Assembly: GCF_001642725.1 (NCBI RefSeq)
Contig: NZ_LSUQ01000030.1
Coordinates: 1 to 33,766, forward strand
Reading direction: 5' to 3'
Length of the DNA: 33,766 nt
Origin: Ferroacidibacillus organovorans
GTDB taxonomy: Bacteria > Bacillota > Bacilli > Alicyclobacillales > SLC66
Shown here piece by piece: positions 9,095-18,277 of the stretch; positions within the stretch are counted from its first letter, which is position 1, and each line of letters starts with the position of its first letter. The translations under genes and the position numbers were made by a program. Under the pieces are notes generated by a model, which was given only the letters and a program-made list of their open reading frames with translations, searched no databases and was not told the origin of the DNA.

Positions 9095-9251
9095 GCTTTG
9101 TCACTCCATATTTTAGATTCAATGTGGGCTATCCCGCCATAAAACTTTGTATATTATTATATACGAAGGGGATATTTCCACCCGATACAACAAAAGATAC
9201 CTTCATTCAAATCGCACTCCACGTCCACTCAAACGAAAGGAGGAATCATCA

Positions 9252-9359
9252 ATGAGAAAACGGTTAAGAAGATGGCGTGAACGTCTTCGCAGAGCCAAGG
9301 GTGCTTTGGCATTAGTTTCACGCGCACCGACACAAGACCGCGACCGATTTGTCAGTTAA
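9252..9359 (+). CDS. putative 35-aa Arg-rich small protein
   Basis: AAAGGAGG RBS immediately upstream of ATG 9252; translates as MRKRLRRWRERLRRAKGALALVSRAPTQDRDRFVS*. Confidence 0.5.
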   Translation: MRKRLRRWRERLRRAKGALALVSRAPTQDRDRFVS

Positions 9360-11319
9360 CGTGGTTTTTTTCGTCTGTCGACTGACCGTGTTTTATTATT
9401 TTACACCACACGTCGTACTGCGCACTGCTATCCCCAAGATCTGCCTTGTGTGACGACGTAATCTCATTGATACCTCGCTGTCCTACTTCCAACCATAGGA
9501 CGTCGTCACGCGAAGCGGACGGTATGGACTTTACTTGAGCTTGAATGCAACCTACGGGCGTCTCAACAGTAACCATTTCCAATTGCTCTAACTTTTCTCG
9601 TTGCGTGGCTCCCTCTGAGATGAAAAGTAAAGGAATCTCACGTTCCGATCTGGACCCTTCAGTCTGGGAATTTTGGCGATAGACAGGATGAATGGTCAAT
9701 AGCCGAAATGGGTACTCCGTTTGTGGTTCATCGACAGAAAAATGCACTCGCGACACTCCCTCACCGCTCATGAGTTCAACCTTTCTGGAATTCGTCAAAA
9801 AAGAACGATCATAATAGGCCACGGGCGCAATCGGAAACTTGCGATACCCATTGATTTGCCACGCCCTGAATTCATCTTCTGTGAGACCGATCGCCGTTTG
9901 AATCGCCGTTTGTGGATCGACGCTCTCCACATTGAGTTTCATCACATCCGCCAGTTCATAGAAAATCTTCCAATCGGGCTTCACACCCTCAGGAGGATCG
10001 ACGACCGGATTGGCATACGTCGCGTACGGATTCCACATGGTTGTCACCATCGCGTCTTCTTCCTCAAAAATGCTCGTGGTCGGCAAAACATAATCTGCGA
10101 TGTGTGCAGTCTCCGTCATGAACATATCGACGACAATGACCGTGCCGATCCCGGAGATTGCTTGTCTCATCTTTTGCGTGTTCGGCACCTGTCGCAACAA
10201 ATTGGTTCGCGACACAAACAAAACATCCACACTCGGTTGCGCGCGAAGGATCTCCTCTGCCTGAGTCGTTCGCGACATCACGCGTCTCTGAATCGTTCGT
10301 TTTCCTGAGAGATAATCCCAATTCACAAAGCGAGCCATTTCTCGATTTGCATAATTGGCTCCACCGCCAGGCACTCCGATTTGACCAGTTATGGCGCAGA
10401 GCGCATCAATGGCGCGAATGGTATTCCCGCCATTGCGATAGCGCTGCAAACCGATGCCAAGCAGCGTAGTCGTTGGCTTCTCTGCGTAAAGATTAGCTAA
10501 CACTTCAAAGTCTCGAAGCGAGATGCCACACGCACTGATTACACGCGCTAGATCATACGCTTCAATCAAGTCTTGAAACGCTGCAAAGCCTTGTACATGC
10601 GTTTGAACAAATTTCTGATCATACCTACCATCAGCGATGAGTTGACGACACAATCCCAGCGCCAGCGCCCCATCCGCTCCAGGCTTCGGCCTGATCACGT
10701 AATCAGCCATTCGATCCAAAGGCGTCGGCAGTGGATTCACAATGGTGAGCGTCGCTCCTCTTGTTTTTGCCTCCTTGAGGAATGGAATGAGGTGCTGATT
10801 GGTCACGCCTGCATTTCGGCCCCATAACACAACATGTTTACTATGCGCCGCCATATCGTCGGGAGAGTGGCTCCGTGCTTCGCCAAAATCTAGCGTTTGT
10901 GCCTCAAGCCCTGCGTCCCAGCATAAACTTCCTACCGTTTCCGTAAAACCATCAAGGGCATAAAAAAATCGATCTATCAGCGACTTTGTTAGACCACTCG
11001 ATCCATAATCATAAGAGTGCATGATGGATAGTGGTCCGTGCAAATCAATCGCCTGTTTCATTCGTTCTGCGATCTCGTAATATGCCTTTTCCCAGGAAAT
11101 TGCTTCCCAACCCGTGGCTGTGCGCTTTAACGGAGTTAAGATGCGTTCTGGATGACTGTGTCGCTTAACGACATTGTGTCCCCGCACGCAGAGTCGACCC
11201 TTTGTAATCGGATGATCCGGGTCTCCCTTTACTTCAACGATCTTCCCATCATCTACACGCGCAAGCATACCGCATGTGTCATAACAGTCTAATGGACATG
11301 CCGTCTTTATCCATGTCAT
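9352..11319 (-). CDS. yyaE: molybdopterin-dependent oxidoreductase, YyaE-like
   Basis: N-terminal [4Fe-4S] motif CPLDCYDTC...GRLC, ERILTPLKR, GSLCWDAG, VVDMFMTETAHIADYVLP. It sits in the conserved position next to ychF and has no TAT motif. Confidence 0.88.
   Translation of the reverse strand: MTWIKTACPLDCYDTCGMLARVDDGKIVEVKGDPDHPITKGRLCVRGHNVVKRHSHPERILTPLKRTATGWEAISWEKAYYEIAERMKQAIDLHGPLSIMHSYDYGSSGLTKSLIDRFFYALDGFTETVGSLCWDAGLEAQTLDFGEARSHSPDDMAAHSKHVVLWGRNAGVTNQHLIPFLKEAKTRGATLTIVNPLPTPLDRMADYVIRPKPGADGALALGLCRQLIADGRYDQKFVQTHVQGFAAFQDLIEAYDLARVISACGISLRDFEVLANLYAEKPTTTLLGIGLQRYRNGGNTIRAIDALCAITGQIGVPGGGANYANREMARFVNWDYLSGKRTIQRRVMSRTTQAEEILRAQPSVDVLFVSRTNLLRQVPNTQKMRQAISGIGTVIVVDMFMTETAHIADYVLPTTSIFEEEDAMVTTMWNPYATYANPVVDPPEGVKPDWKIFYELADVMKLNVESVDPQTAIQTAIGLTEDEFRAWQINGYRKFPIAPVAYYDRSFLTNSRKVELMSGEGVSRVHFSVDEPQTEYPFRLLTIHPVYRQNSQTEGSRSEREIPLLFISEGATQREKLEQLEMVTVETPVGCIQAQVKSIPSASRDDVLWLEVGQRGINEITSSHKADLGDSSAQYDVWCKIIKHGQSTDEKNHVN
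11087..11100. promoter_or_regulatory. candidate Noc-binding site
   Basis: TTTTCCCAGGAAAT, 12/14 match to the NBS consensus ATTTCCCGGGAAAT. Confidence 0.45.
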
Positions 11320-11519
11320 TGTGCTGTATCCCTTGACTGAATAATTTTTTTTAGCATCTTTTCAAAGTCCCTGCGTTGCATGAGGACACTTCTTCCACAA
11401 TGTCTACACTTAATACGAATATCCATACCCATGCGAATAATCTCCCACTCATTCGTACCACAGGGATGGGGTTTTTTCATGACAACATAGTCGCCGAGAT
11501 GAAATTCTTTTTCAATCAT
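11316..11519 (-). CDS. yyzM: DUF951 family protein (YyzM)
   Basis: MKKPHPCGTNEWEIIRMGMDIRIKCRHCGRSVLM; ATGA overlap with yyaE. Confidence 0.92.
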   Translation of the reverse strand: MIEKEFHLGDYVVMKKPHPCGTNEWEIIRMGMDIRIKCRHCGRSVLMQRRDFEKMLKKIIQSRDTAQ

Positions 11520-11597
11520 GAAGTAACTTCACCCGTTCATTATTACATGATTTTAACCAAAACGACTTCCCTCTTCATCATCTTTCCGAGAATTGTA

Positions 11598-12170
11598 TCA
11601 GCTAAGAATACCATTTCTGTAGATTAGCGTCCACAGATGAATGAGTAAGGATGCCCGCAAAATCGAATTCAATTCACTAGCGTGGCTCCAATAACTTAGA
11701 ATTGCAATGCCGCGTACCATTTCCAACACCACGTAGAACCCAGCAAGCATGCCAAGCCATCCACCGATTCTCTGTTGCCCTTTGCGCGCGAGTTGATCTG
11801 GCCACACGTTAGAAAAAATACGAATCGCCATGAAGAGACCAAACGCAACAGAAAAAGCATACATGATCGCATAACTCTGGCGATACAATGATAAGAAGAT
11901 GCTATTTCTTTGATTGAACACCGTCAGAATTCTCATTTTATCTACAGAAACCGGACGGACAGGAGCGAGTAAGTTACGTAAATAGTTAAGAATCACATTT
12001 TGGTATGTGCTATCTTGACGAAACAGCTGAATCCATGGCGCCGCCCATTCTGCCGCACTGATGGTACCCACGAATACAGAAAGCCATAGCAGTGTCCGAA
12101 ATCCTCCTATGCCATGCCCAATGAGTACTATCCATGCAAGTACTAGAACTGCCAAAAGGTCAATGATCAT
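11598..12170 (-). CDS. CvpA-like membrane protein
   Basis: MIIDLLAVLVLAWIVLIGHGIGGFR start and RIGGWLGMLAG segment resemble the CvpA pattern, with about 4 TM helices. ATG 12170 follows AGAGGG. Confidence 0.55.
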   Translation of the reverse strand: MIIDLLAVLVLAWIVLIGHGIGGFRTLLWLSVFVGTISAAEWAAPWIQLFRQDSTYQNVILNYLRNLLAPVRPVSVDKMRILTVFNQRNSIFLSLYRQSYAIMYAFSVAFGLFMAIRIFSNVWPDQLARKGQQRIGGWLGMLAGFYVVLEMVRGIAILSYWSHASELNSILRASLLIHLWTLIYRNGILS

Positions 12171-12286
12171 CTCAAACCCTCTTTGTCTTGTCACCAATTC
12201 TCGTCCATCTCTGAATTGTATGCTGACAAGAAGTATAATCTGACTCTTCCTCGTCACATACTGTACTAGTAAGTTCTCATTGGGAC

Positions 12287-12931
12287 GTGATGGATCTGTT
12301 CAATAAACCTGCTTCAGGAAATCCTATTCAGATTGACTACACAGACGCTCAAGCCGAATCGACCCTTGCAAACGCTTTGCATCAACATCTTGCAACGCGC
12401 GATCAGCGTCGACCTCTGATCATCCTTTGCATTGGGACGGATCGGTCAACGGGCGATGCACTTGGCCCGTTTGTTGGTACTCAATTGCGTGAACAGAATC
12501 AGGATTTTTATGTGTTTGGCACGCTGGAAACGCCTGTTCACGCTGTCAACCTTAAAGATACCATTCAACACATCGAATACTCCTTTGTTCATCCCTACAT
12601 CATCGCCGTGGATGCGTGTCTAGGTCAGACAAGCAGCGTTGGGAAAATTCAATTTGCACAGGGGCCGCTCAAACCAGGAGCCGGTGTAAACAAAAAACTC
12701 CCGGAAGTGGGAGATGTCCACATCACGGGAATTGTAAATGTCGGGGGCTTTATGGAGTATTTTGTCCTTCAAAACACGCGGTTACAGTTGGTTATCTCAA
12801 TGGCTAGAGTCATTGCAAGTTCCATTGAGCAAAGCATTTCAAGCCACATTAATCATGAATTGATTCAAACGGAGAAAACGTCTGCTACGTTAACCAGTCG
12901 ACTTTGGAGTCAAATGTTTCGGAATGCCTGA
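12287..12931 (+). CDS. yyaC: spore protease YyaC
   Basis: LCIGTDRSTGDALGP, PVHAVNL, IAVDACLG, LKPGAGVNKKLPEVGD, LQNTRL. Confidence 0.95.
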   Translation: MMDLFNKPASGNPIQIDYTDAQAESTLANALHQHLATRDQRRPLIILCIGTDRSTGDALGPFVGTQLREQNQDFYVFGTLETPVHAVNLKDTIQHIEYSFVHPYIIAVDACLGQTSSVGKIQFAQGPLKPGAGVNKKLPEVGDVHITGIVNVGGFMEYFVLQNTRLQLVISMARVIASSIEQSISSHINHELIQTEKTSATLTSRLWSQMFRNA

Positions 12932-13447
12932 GACGGTTTCTGTCGATTGTTTCATCGTGCGAACAATCACTTCCCGTTCTTCGTCAGTCAACGTGTACGT
13001 CGAAGTCCCTTCTTCAAGTGGTTTAGCATAAACACGTGAGTCTTCACGACCATAAATGCTGCTTAAAACAGCGCCTCGTCCTTCTTCATCAACAAGAGAG
13101 AGAGAAAAACTGAGATCATTTCCCGGTTCTCGAAAAGCGTTGTATCGAAAAAGTTGAACGCTTGATACTTTTGACTTGAGTCTCATTTCATGCGACTCAA
13201 GTTGGCTCGTTAACATGCGTACTTGATTGTGAAGCATTTCATTCTCTTGATGAATCGTTCGCATCAGTGCCTCTAGATCCACACCTTCTTGATTTCTCAC
13301 TAACTGACGGTAGCGCCGTTTGAGGCCTCGAACACTTCCTGATGAAAAGAGTGCAATTAAAAGCGTAATCAGGCTGAGAATAAGACTTCCCGCCGCGATG
13401 GAAAGCAGAATACCCGGTCGATAAATCGTTGTCAAAAATGAAAGCAC
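12890..13447 (-). CDS. DUF4446 family protein
   Basis: N-terminal TM helix and coiled coil, RYNAF...LSFSLSLVD...SSIYGREDSRVYAKP...SxYxLxxEE. Confidence 0.85.
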   Translation of the reverse strand: MLSFLTTIYRPGILLSIAAGSLILSLITLLIALFSSGSVRGLKRRYRQLVRNQEGVDLEALMRTIHQENEMLHNQVRMLTSQLESHEMRLKSKVSSVQLFRYNAFREPGNDLSFSLSLVDEEGRGAVLSSIYGREDSRVYAKPLEEGTSTYTLTDEEREVIVRTMKQSTETVSGIPKHLTPKSTG

Positions 13448-13465
13448 GATGAACGCTCCTGTACA

Positions 13466-14185
13466 TTAAATGTGGAGAAACGAAAGTACCGAACCAAGAT
13501 GCAGTCCAATGTATCGAAACAGTGCTACAACAAACATGCTCGGGAGTAAATTACCCACCCTTATCTTTGCAATCTCGAGGACGTTCAACCCAATGCCCAC
13601 AATAAGTATACCACCGACTGCCGTTACATCTGAAATGATCACGGCATTCCGAAGATGTGCTCCGAAATAGTGAGCAATCGCAGCGAGTCCACCTTCATAG
13701 AGAAGGATCGGAAAAGCAGATAGTCCAATCCCTATGCCCATCGTTGAGGTGAAAATGACAGACGAAAATCCGTCGAGCGCGCTTTTTAAGTAAAGTATTG
13801 TATTTTTACCACTTACTCCACTCTGAATGGATCCCAGAATCGCCATGGAACCCACCCCATACACTAAGCTCGCAAACACAAATGCCTGAGAAAGTTTCCC
13901 GCCAGAGTGTCCTAGTTTAGACTCTAGCCATGATCCGAACATCTCAAGTTTACCCTCAAGATCGAAGAGTGAACCGATCACCCCGCCCACCACGATAGAC
14001 AGCACGACATAAAGGGTATCACCCGGCGCCTGCAATGCCATCGACACACCGAGTACCGCAACAAATATTCCCATACCTTGCATCACGGTTATTTTCAATC
14101 GCTCGGGAATGCGGTGAAACACTGCACCGATAAATGTTCCAATCAGGATTGCAGCCGTGTTGACGATTGGCCCTGCAAAAAACAC
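13466..14185 (-). CDS. DUF554 (YdfK-like) membrane protein
   Basis: GPIVNTAAILIG...GSMAILGSIQSG...LYLKSALDG...KIRVGNLLP; RBS AAGGAGG before GTG. Confidence 0.88.
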   Translation of the reverse strand: MFFAGPIVNTAAILIGTFIGAVFHRIPERLKITVMQGMGIFVAVLGVSMALQAPGDTLYVVLSIVVGGVIGSLFDLEGKLEMFGSWLESKLGHSGGKLSQAFVFASLVYGVGSMAILGSIQSGVSGKNTILYLKSALDGFSSVIFTSTMGIGIGLSAFPILLYEGGLAAIAHYFGAHLRNAVIISDVTAVGGILIVGIGLNVLEIAKIRVGNLLPSMFVVALFRYIGLHLGSVLSFLHI

Positions 14186-14222
14186 AAAGGATCCTCCTTC
14201 ATTATAAATCCATTACTGATTC

Positions 14223-15371
14223 TCACACGATTGCTTGGACAATTTCTGTCATTGCGTTAATAAATGTATCAATTTCCTCTACTGTCGTAAACGAACTCAC
14301 ACTCACTCGAACTGCACCTGTATCTTTGGTGCCATTTTGTTGATGAACATCGGGTGCACAATGGAGTCCTCCACGAACCGCAATGTGATAGTGCTGATCA
14401 AGAACAAGTACAATTTCATTCGATTGATACCCCTCAACCGTAAAACTAAGAATTGGTAATCGATATGCACCATAGGGAGGACCAAGTATCGTAACACCCT
14501 GTAATCCGCGGAGTCCTACGTACACTTTTTGAATGAGACGGAAATCATGTTCTTGAACAGTTTGTATTCCTACGTCCCGAAGATAGCGTATTCCCTCTAA
14601 CAGTCCCGCGAAACCGGGGGTGTTTCTCGTTCCACTCTCTAATCGCTCAGGCATGCTTGAAGGTGCATCTACGGATTCAGAATCCCCCCCTGTACCACCA
14701 AGTAAAACGGGGTTCAATCGTATACCAGGCGCTACATAAAGGCCACCTGTTCCCTGCGGACCATAGAGACCTTTATGGCCGGTAAACGCAAAAAGATCAA
14801 CGCCAATTTCCGTAACGTCAATCTCTTCATACCCGACTGTCTGTGCCGCGTCAACCAATACACGGAGATTGGGATACGCCTTTTTCATCTGTTTAACAAT
14901 GGTTCGCAAAGGAATGATTTCCCCTGTCACATTGCTTCCGTGAGTCAAAATAAGCATTTTTGTGTTGTGATTGCATGTTTCTAACAACGTGTTCAGCATG
15001 CCATCTTCTTGAAGCTGCACACGATCGACATCTACACCTTGCATTAGAAGTCTTTCAAGAGGACGGCGAACGCTATTGTGTTCCAACCCTGTCGAGACAA
15101 CATGATCACCCGGCTCTAAAAAACCAAACAAGGCTACATTGAGTGCCTCTGTTACATTTTGAAGCAACGCGATCCTAGAAGGATCCTCGACATGAAATAA
15201 ATGAGCAAGTTCTACCCGTACAGTATAAAGCAATTGATGTGCTTCACGCCCCATCGCGTGACTGCTGCGTCCTGGATTTGCTCCATTATTTTTCAACCAA
15301 TCTCTCACTGCGTCATACACTTGAGGCGGCTTAGGCCAACTCGATGCTGCATTATCAAGATAGATCATCAT
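14223..15371 (-). CDS. PLP-dependent cysteine desulfurase family protein (aminotransferase class V)
   Basis: IYLDNAASSWPKP, EHNSV, VDAAQ, PLP-Lys motif TGHKGLYGP, catalytic RGGLHCA. Start is uncertain (15368-15386). Confidence 0.92.
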   Translation of the reverse strand: MMIYLDNAASSWPKPPQVYDAVRDWLKNNGANPGRSSHAMGREAHQLLYTVRVELAHLFHVEDPSRIALLQNVTEALNVALFGFLEPGDHVVSTGLEHNSVRRPLERLLMQGVDVDRVQLQEDGMLNTLLETCNHNTKMLILTHGSNVTGEIIPLRTIVKQMKKAYPNLRVLVDAAQTVGYEEIDVTEIGVDLFAFTGHKGLYGPQGTGGLYVAPGIRLNPVLLGGTGGDSESVDAPSSMPERLESGTRNTPGFAGLLEGIRYLRDVGIQTVQEHDFRLIQKVYVGLRGLQGVTILGPPYGAYRLPILSFTVEGYQSNEIVLVLDQHYHIAVRGGLHCAPDVHQQNGTKDTGAVRVSVSSFTTVEEIDTFINAMTEIVQAIV

Positions 15372-15428
15372 TTTATCCATCTCCAATAGCCCAGATCAGA
15401 AACGATCTTTTAAACATACACGTTTCGA

Positions 15429-16310
15429 TTAATTTTGTTCTGTATGAACAATCGCCAGAATTCGTTCTAAATCGTCAATCGTATAGTACTCAATTTCTAT
15501 TTTCCCCTTGCGTTTTCCTTGTTGAATGCGTACAGCCGTACCTAGGCAATCACGAAATAGTGACTCATACTCTTGAAGTGTCGAGGATCGCTCCTCTTTT
15601 TCCTCTTTTTTTCTCTCCATCTTATTTGTTTCACGTGGAACATTGCGATTCTCCTGCACAATCTGTTCCACATCGCGTACGCTCAACCCTTCAGATTCGA
15701 TTCGTTGCGCCAGCTTAATCTGTAAATCCGCTTGATCAATACCTAACAGGGCTCGAGCGTGACCCATCGAAATTGTTCCACGTGAAACACTTTCTTGAAG
15801 TGACGTAGGCAAACTGAGCAGTCGGATTAAATTTGCAACATGCGAGCGACTCTGACCAACCCGCACTGCCATTTCTTCTTGTGTTAACGAGAAATGTTCC
15901 ATAATCCGAACATACGCTTCAGCGATTTCTATAGAATTTAAATCCTCGCGTTGTAAATTCTCAATAAGTGCAATCTCCATTGCATCGCGATCGCTAAAAT
16001 TGCGAACCACTGCGGGAATTTCATGAAGACCAATCTGCTGAGCCGCGCGAAACCGTCGCTCCCCGGCAATAATTTCGTATCCAAATCCGACAGCTCTTTT
16101 TCTCACAACAATCGGTTGCAAGACGCCATGCTCTCGAATGGAATCGACAAGTTCCCGCAACTTATCAGGGTCGAATTCGCGTCTCGGTTGATAAGGGTTG
16201 GGGGAAAGCTCAGAAACTCGAACCGTTTGAGTTAGTACATTACCTTCATCTTCCGTCATTTGCGGAATTAACGCTTCAAGTCCCTTTCCAAGCCCACCCT
16301 TTGCTTTCAT
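15429..16310 (-). CDS. spo0J: chromosome partitioning protein ParB/Spo0J
   Basis: [60 protein letters not shown]. Confidence 0.97.
   Translation of the reverse strand: MKAKGGLGKGLEALIPQMTEDEGNVLTQTVRVSELSPNPYQPRREFDPDKLRELVDSIREHGVLQPIVVRKRAVGFGYEIIAGERRFRAAQQIGLHEIPAVVRNFSDRDAMEIALIENLQREDLNSIEIAEAYVRIMEHFSLTQEEMAVRVGQSRSHVANLIRLLSLPTSLQESVSRGTISMGHARALLGIDQADLQIKLAQRIESEGLSVRDVEQIVQENRNVPRETNKMERKKEEKEERSSTLQEYESLFRDCLGTAVRIQQGKRKGKIEIEYYTIDDLERILAIVHTEQN
15627..15642. promoter_or_regulatory. parS centromere site
   Basis: TGTTTCACGTGGAACA matches the parS consensus. Confidence 0.93.
15774..15789. promoter_or_regulatory. parS centromere site
   Basis: TGTTCCACGTGAAACA matches the parS consensus. 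Confidence 0.93.
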
Positions 16311-17065
16311 AGACCAATCACTTCCTTCGCAAGATCAAGGTACACCTCAGCACCTCTCGATTTTGCATCATACTGAAGAATCGATTTGCCGTGACTCGGC
16401 GCTTCACTCAATCTTACGTTGCGAGGAATGATCGTTTGGTAAACCTTCTCTCGGAAATACTTTTTTACATCTTCGATCACCTGGATACCTAAGTTTGTCC
16501 TTGCATCGAGCATCGTCAGAACAACGCCTTGAATTTCAAGTGACTTATTAAAGTATTTCTGAACATAACGAATCGTACTTAGCAATTGAGTTAATCCTTC
16601 AAGCGCATAATACTCACACTGAACTGGAATCACAACGGAATCAGAAGCGGTAAGTGCATTGATCGTGAGAAGCCCAAGCGATGGAGGACAATCGATGAGG
16701 ATATAGTCATATTCAGATCGAACATCGGCTAACGCATGCCGCAAGCGAGCTTCACGCGCTATCGTAGGTCCTAACTCGATTTCAGCACCAGCCAATTGAA
16801 TCGTCGCAGGGATGATCCATAAATTATCCTGATCCGTAGTCACAATCGTCTCGTGAGGTTCGACCTCATTCATAATGACGTCGTATATGCAATTGGGAAC
16901 ATCCCCTTTGTTAATTCCGACACCCGACGTCGTGTTCCCCTGTGGATCAATGTCAACAAGTAACACTCGTTTGCCGAGCGATGCGAGACTCGCACCTAAA
17001 TTGACACTTGTCGTAGTCTTTCCTACGCCACCCTTTTGGTTGGCGATCGCCATCACTCTCGCCAT
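16307..17065 (-). CDS. soj: chromosome partitioning ATPase ParA/Soj
   Basis: ANQKGGVGKTT, DIDPQGN, IDCPPSLG, PVQCEYYALEG, IPRNVRLSEAPSHG. ATG 17065 follows GGAGGT. Confidence 0.97.
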   Translation of the reverse strand: MARVMAIANQKGGVGKTTTSVNLGASLASLGKRVLLVDIDPQGNTTSGVGINKGDVPNCIYDVIMNEVEPHETIVTTDQDNLWIIPATIQLAGAEIELGPTIAREARLRHALADVRSEYDYILIDCPPSLGLLTINALTASDSVVIPVQCEYYALEGLTQLLSTIRYVQKYFNKSLEIQGVVLTMLDARTNLGIQVIEDVKKYFREKVYQTIIPRNVRLSEAPSHGKSILQYDAKSRGAEVYLDLAKEVIGL

Positions 17066-17121
17066 AATCCATACCTCCGATAAACAAAAAAAGAGCCCAT
17101 GAAAACAACCCATTTCAATAA

Positions 17122-17150
17122 ATTATAGAATGTATCTCATTGTACGTGAA
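17122..17150 (-). promoter_or_regulatory. sigmaA-type promoter of soj-spo0J
   Basis: TTCACG-17 bp-TATAAT on the minus strand. Confidence 0.6.
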
Positions 17151-17250
17151 CTACGACGAATCATCGCGCGTGTTCTGCCAACCTATTGTACAAGACCTAA
17201 GGGATGCACGTCTAGCAATAAACCAGATGATAACGAGTAAAGAGGGTGAC

Positions 17251-17284
17251 AAAAATGCCCTGATTTCACAGCGAAGATCAGGGC
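17251..17284 (-). terminator. intrinsic terminator after noc
   Basis: GCCCTGATCTTC-GCTGT-GAAATCAGGGC hairpin followed by ATTTTT. Confidence 0.65.
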
Positions 17285-17330
17285 TAGCGCTCCACCGAAT
17301 GATGTCCTGCCAGCTAAATGAGTAAAAACA

Positions 17331-18158
17331 TCAATCGTTTCGCTTTGGAACGCGAATCGTGAATTGATAATAGTCATCCTGTTCTTCTTCAACCGCATCA
17401 AGACCCATACCCATATTCCTGATCAATTGCAAGGATTGGCGAATCGTGTTTATCGCTAACCGAACGTCTTTAGATACGGATATTTTTTTTATTTGCTTGC
17501 TTTTTTGTTGCCGGTCGAGAAGAAACTTAACCCTTATCTCTGTCTGTTTAACATTCAGATCTTTCTCAAGAATTTCCTTCAAAACCGCTAGTTGCATATC
17601 TTCTTTCAGTGACAGAAGTGCTCTCCCATGCCGTTCAGAGATTTTACGCTCCATCAACTTCTGCTGCACATCCGAATGAAGATGAAGAAGACGCAACTTA
17701 TTAGCCACAGTGGATTGACCTTTACCAAGCCGTTGAGCCAAACTCTCCTGTGTCAAGTGGTGGATCTCGATCAATTGTTGATAAGCTCGCGCTTCTTCAA
17801 TCGCAGTCAAATTTTCACGTTGAAGATTTTCAATTAATGCTGCCGAAGCCGCCTGTGAATCAGAGAGTTGCCGAATAAGCGCCGGAATCGTTGCATGACC
17901 TAAAAGCTGGACAGCGCGGAAACGGCGCTCTCCTGCAATAATTTCATAGCCATCACCAATACTTCTCACAACAATAGGTTGGATAACTCCATGCGTTCGA
18001 ATGGTTGCCGCGAGTTCTTCAATTTTATTGTCATCAAAAACCGACCGAGGCTGATACCGATTTGCATGGATTTGATGAATCGGTATTTCCCTCAACTGAG
18101 CCTCTTTCCGAGGGATTTGTCCAACAACACCAAACCGTCGATCTGCAGAATCAATCAT
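17331..18158 (-). CDS. noc: nucleoid occlusion protein Noc
   Basis: ParB-family protein with [23 protein letters not shown] and [13 protein letters not shown], located between rsmG and soj. Confidence 0.93.
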   Translation of the reverse strand: MIDSADRRFGVVGQIPRKEAQLREIPIHQIHANRYQPRSVFDDNKIEELAATIRTHGVIQPIVVRSIGDGYEIIAGERRFRAVQLLGHATIPALIRQLSDSQAASAALIENLQRENLTAIEEARAYQQLIEIHHLTQESLAQRLGKGQSTVANKLRLLHLHSDVQQKLMERKISERHGRALLSLKEDMQLAVLKEILEKDLNVKQTEIRVKFLLDRQQKSKQIKKISVSKDVRLAINTIRQSLQLIRNMGMGLDAVEEEQDDYYQFTIRVPKRND

Positions 18159-18277
18159 ATCTCATACCCCACTCGTTTTCGATCTCGTGAAGAACATCGC
18201 CTCGATAATAAACACACTTTCTGCATAAGATTCGGAAATCCTTCAGTGACTTGCACATTCGACAAAACTAGTGAAGA

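Noticed and set aside
9721..10308. 195-aa plus-strand ORF, and similar ones at 7847-8308, 17979-18557 and 19797-20324
   Set aside because: These are antisense shadows of conserved genes with no recognisable motifs or RBS.
12233..12263. Possible sigmaF/sigmaG promoter for yyaC (GTATA...CATACTG)
   Set aside because: The spacer is 19 bp, longer than the usual consensus, so it is plausible but not supportable.
17084..17115. U-tract with a weak stem in the soj leader, a possible attenuator
   Set aside because: The stem is short and mostly G-U pairs.
18258..18264. Spo0A box (TGTCGAA, minus strand) upstream of noc
   Set aside because: A single 7-mer is expected many times by chance in a window this size.
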